Shown: piece after piece, positions 60,501 to 64,000 of the stretch
Layout: each line of letters opens with the position of its first letter
Position numbering within the stretch: position 1 is the first letter of the stretch
Source of the DNA: Eledone cirrhosa
Taxonomy: Eukaryota
Direction: 5' to 3'
Assembly (NCBI GenBank): GCA_964016885.1
Contig: CAXHJY010000793.1
Location: 1-64,000, forward strand
Length of the DNA stretch: 64,000 nucleotides
The notes under the pieces: generated by a model
What the model saw: only the letters and a program-made list of their open reading frames with translations
Database searches by the model: none
What the model was told of the DNA's origin: nothing
Program-made: the position numbers and the translations under genes

Positions 60501-63500
60501 TGCCCTAGACATGTGTGACACTCTACCAATTACTGTCAGTCCACTGCCCTAGACATGTGTGACACTCTACCAATTACTGTCAATCCACTGCCCTAGACAT
60601 GTGTGACACTCTACCAATTACTGTCAATCCACTGCCCTAGACATGTGTGACACTCTACCAATTACTGTCAATCCACTGCCCTAGACATGTGTGACACTCT
60701 ACCAATTACTGTCAGTCCACTGCCCTAGACATGTGTGACTACCAATTACTGTCAATCCACCTCCCTAGACATGTGTGACACTCTACCAATTACTGTCAAT
60801 CCACTGCCCTAGACATGTGTGACACTCTACCAATTACTGTCAATCCACTGCCCTAGACATGTGTGACACTCTACCAATTACTGTCAATCCACTGCCCTAG
60901 ACATGTGTGACACTCTACCAATTACTGTCAATCCACTGCCCTAGACATGTGTGACACTCTACCAATTACTGTCAGTCCACTGCCCTAGACATGTGTGACT
61001 ACCAATTACTGTCAATCCACCTCCCTAGACATGTGTGACACTCTACCAATTACTGTCAGTCCACTGCCCTAGACATGTGTGACTACCAATTACTGTCAAT
61101 CCACCTCCCTAGACATGTGTGACACTCTACCAATTACTGTCAATCCACTGCCCTAGACATGTGTGACACTCTACCAATTACTGTCAATCCACTGCCCTAG
61201 ACATGTGTGACACTCTACCAATTACTGTCAATCCACTGCCCTAGACATGTGTGACACTCTACCAATTACTGTCAGTCCACTGCCCTAGACATGTGTGACA
61301 CTCTACCAATTACTGTCAGTCCACTGCCCTAGACATGTGTGACACTCTACCAATTACTGTCAATCCACTGCCCTAGACATGTGTGACACTCTACCAATTA
61401 CTGTCAATCCACTGCCCTAGACATGTGTGACACTCTACCAATTACTGTCAATCCACTGCCCTAGACATGTGTGACACTCTACCAATTACTGTCAGTCCAC
61501 TGCCCTAGACATGTGTGACACTCTACCAATTACTGTCAATCCACTGCCCTAGACATGTGTGACACTCTACCAATTACTGTCAATCCACTGCCCTAGACAT
61601 GTGTGACACTCTACCAATTACTGTCAATCCACTGCCCTAGACATGTGTGACACTCTACCAATTACTGTCAATCCACTGCCCTAGACATGTGTGACACTCT
61701 ACCAATTACTGTCAATCCACTGCCCTAGACATGTGTGACACTCTACCAATTACTGTCAGTCCACTGCCCTAGACATGTGTGACTACCAATTACTGTCAAT
61801 CCACCTCCCTAGACATGTGTGACACTCTACCAATTACTGTCAGTCCACTGCCCTAGACATGTGTGACTACCAATTACTGTCAATCCACCTCCCTAGACAT
61901 GTGTGACACTCTACCAATTACTGTCAATCCACTGCCCTAGACATGTGTGACACTCTACCAATTACTGTCAATCCACTGCCCTAGACATGTGTGACACTCT
62001 ACCAATTACTGTCAGTCCACTGCCCTAGACATGTGTGACTACCAATTACTGTCAATCCACCTCCCTAGACATGTGTGACACTCTACCAATTACTGTCAAT
62101 CCACTGCCCTAGACATGTGTGACACTCTACCAATTACTGTCAATCCACTGCCCTAGACATGTGACACTCTACCAATTACTGTCAATCCACTGCCCTAGAC
62201 ATGTGTGACACTCTACCAATTACTGTCAATCCACTGCCCTAGACATGTGTGACACTCTACCAATTACTGTCAGTCTACTGCCCTCGACATGTGTGACACT
62301 CTACCAATTACTGTCACTCCACCGCCCTAGACATGTGTGACACTCTACCAATTACTGTCAATCCACTGCCGTAGACATGTGTGACACTCTACCAATTACT
62401 GTCAATCCACTGCCCTAGACATGTGTGACACTCTACCAATTACTGTCAATCCACTGCCCTAGACATGTGTGACACTCTACCAATTACTGTCAATCCACTG
62501 CCCTAGACATGTGTGACACTCTACCAATTACTGTCAATCCACTGCCCTAGACATGTGTGACACTCTACCAATTACTGTCAATCCACTGCCCTAGACATGT
62601 GTGACACTCTACCAATTACTGTCAGTCCACTGCCCTAGACATGTGTGACACTCTACCAAGTACTGTCAATCCACTGCCCTAGACATGTGTGACACTCTAC
62701 CAATTACTGTCAATCCACTGCCGTAGACATGTGTGACACTCTACCAATTACTGTCAGTCTACTGCCCTAGACGTGTGTGACACTCTACCAATTACTGTCA
62801 ATCCACCGCCCTAGACATGTGTGACACTCTACCAATTACTGTCAATCCACTGCCCTAGACACGTGTGACACTCTACCAATTACTGTCAGTCTACTGCCCT
62901 AGACATGTGTGACACTCTACCAATTACTGTCAGTCCACTGCCCTAGACATGTGTGACACTCTACCAATTACTGTCAGTCTACTGCCCTAGACATGTGTGA
63001 CACTCTACCAATTACTGTCAATCCACCGCCCTAGACATGTGTGACACTCTACCAATTACTGTCAATCCACTGCCCTAGACATGTGTGACACTCTACTCTA
63101 CCAATTACTGTCAGTCCACTGCCCTAGATCATGTGTGACACTTCTACCAATTACTGTCAATCCACTGCCCTCAGACATTTGTGACACTCTACCAATTACT
63201 GTCAATCCACCGCCCTAGACATGAGTGACACTCTACCAATTACTGTCAATCCACTGCCCTAGACATGTGTGACACTCTACCAATTACTGTCAGTCGACTG
63301 CCCTAGGACACTCTACCAATTACTGTCAATCCACTGCCCTAGACATGTGTGACACTCTACCAATTACTGTCAATCCACCGCCCTAGACATGTGTGACACT
63401 CTACCAATTACTGTCAATCCACCACCCTAGACATGTGTGACACTCTACCAATTACTGTCAATCCACTGCCCTAGACATGTGTGACACTCTACCAATTACT

Positions 63501-64000
63501 GTCAGTCCACTGCCCTAGACATGTGTGACACTCTACCAATTACTGTCAATCCACTGCCCTAGACATGTGTGACACTCTACCAATTACTGTCAGTCTACTG
63601 CCCTAGACATGTGTGACACTCTACCAATTACTGTCAGTCCACTGCCCTAGACATGTGTGACACTCTACCAATTACTGTCAATCCACCGCCCTAGACATGT
63701 GTGACACTCTACCAATTACTGTCAATCCACTGCCCTAGACATGTGTGACACTCTACCAATTACTGTCAGTCCACTGCCCTAGACATGTGTGACTACCAAT
63801 TACTGTCAATCCACCGCCCTAGACATGTGTGACACTCTACCAATTACTGTGAGTCCACTGCCCTAGACATGTGTGACACTCTACCAATTACTGTCAGTCC
63901 ACTGCCCTAGATATGTGTGACACTCTACCAATTACTGTCAATCCACTGCCCTAGACATGTGTGACGCTCTACCAATTACTGTCAGTCCACTGCCCTAGAT
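51570..64000. repeat. 4452-bp (102-monomer) higher-order repeat, about 2.8 near-identical copies, continuing past the window end
   Basis: CCCTCGAC (CGAC at 53381/57833/62285), GTGAGTCC (GAG at 54947/59399/63851), GTCGAC at 54381/58833/63293. 92x44 + 8x40 + 2x42 = 4452. Confidence 0.93.

Larger units (their letters stand above)
1..64000. repeat. 44-bp tandem satellite array, single orientation, truncated at both window edges
   Basis: ACCAATTACT... restarts at positions 1, 45, 89 and continues to the last base. Common variants are A/G at unit position 15, T/C at position 21, and a 4-bp deletion (GTGACACTCTACC to GTGACTACC, 40-bp unit). Rarer 42-, 43- and 38-bp units occur. No non-monomer sequence seen. 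Confidence 0.99.

Noticed and set aside
1-64000. CRISPR array or repeat-spacer system
   Set aside because: Monomers abut directly with no unique spacers, and there is no leader or cas gene.
1-64000. Telomerase-synthesised repeat
   Set aside because: The 44-bp unit lacks a canonical G-rich telomeric motif, and variants are inherited in multi-kb duplicated blocks, which indicates recombinational copying rather than templated addition.
1-64000. Variant order as an encoded message or synthetic data storage
   Set aside because: The patterns are explained by nested duplication plus sporadic point mutation. No designed framing is visible.
1-64000. Hidden insertion, inversion or transposon remnant
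   Set aside because: Reading through found no reverse-complement monomers or foreign sequence. The largest deviations are indels of 8 bp or less, though a very short insert could have been missed by eye.

Overview
The whole 64 kb window is one uninterrupted head-to-tail satellite array of a 44-bp monomer, consensus ACCAATTACTGTCA(A/G)TCCAC(T/C)GCCCTAGACATGTGTGACACTCT (about 45% GC, roughly 1,450-1,480 copies). It is in a single orientation and runs off both window ends. I see no credible genes, RNA genes, transposon insertions or CRISPR spacers, and the one ORF call is a by-product of a short run of 42-bp monomers. The information lies in the order of monomer variants. Rare diagnostic substitutions and indels show nested tandem duplications of about 132, 340, 1378, 1730, 2000, 2612, 3600, 4395, 4452, 4592 and 4920-5008 bp, a change of variant repertoire near 31-32 kb, a local substitution cluster at 16.4-16.9 kb, and a probable consensus artefact at 63.1-63.3 kb. 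Offsets were counted by hand from marker positions and block boundaries are approximate. Organism and function (centromeric, subtelomeric or other) cannot be determined from the sequence, and I found no supportable new gene system.
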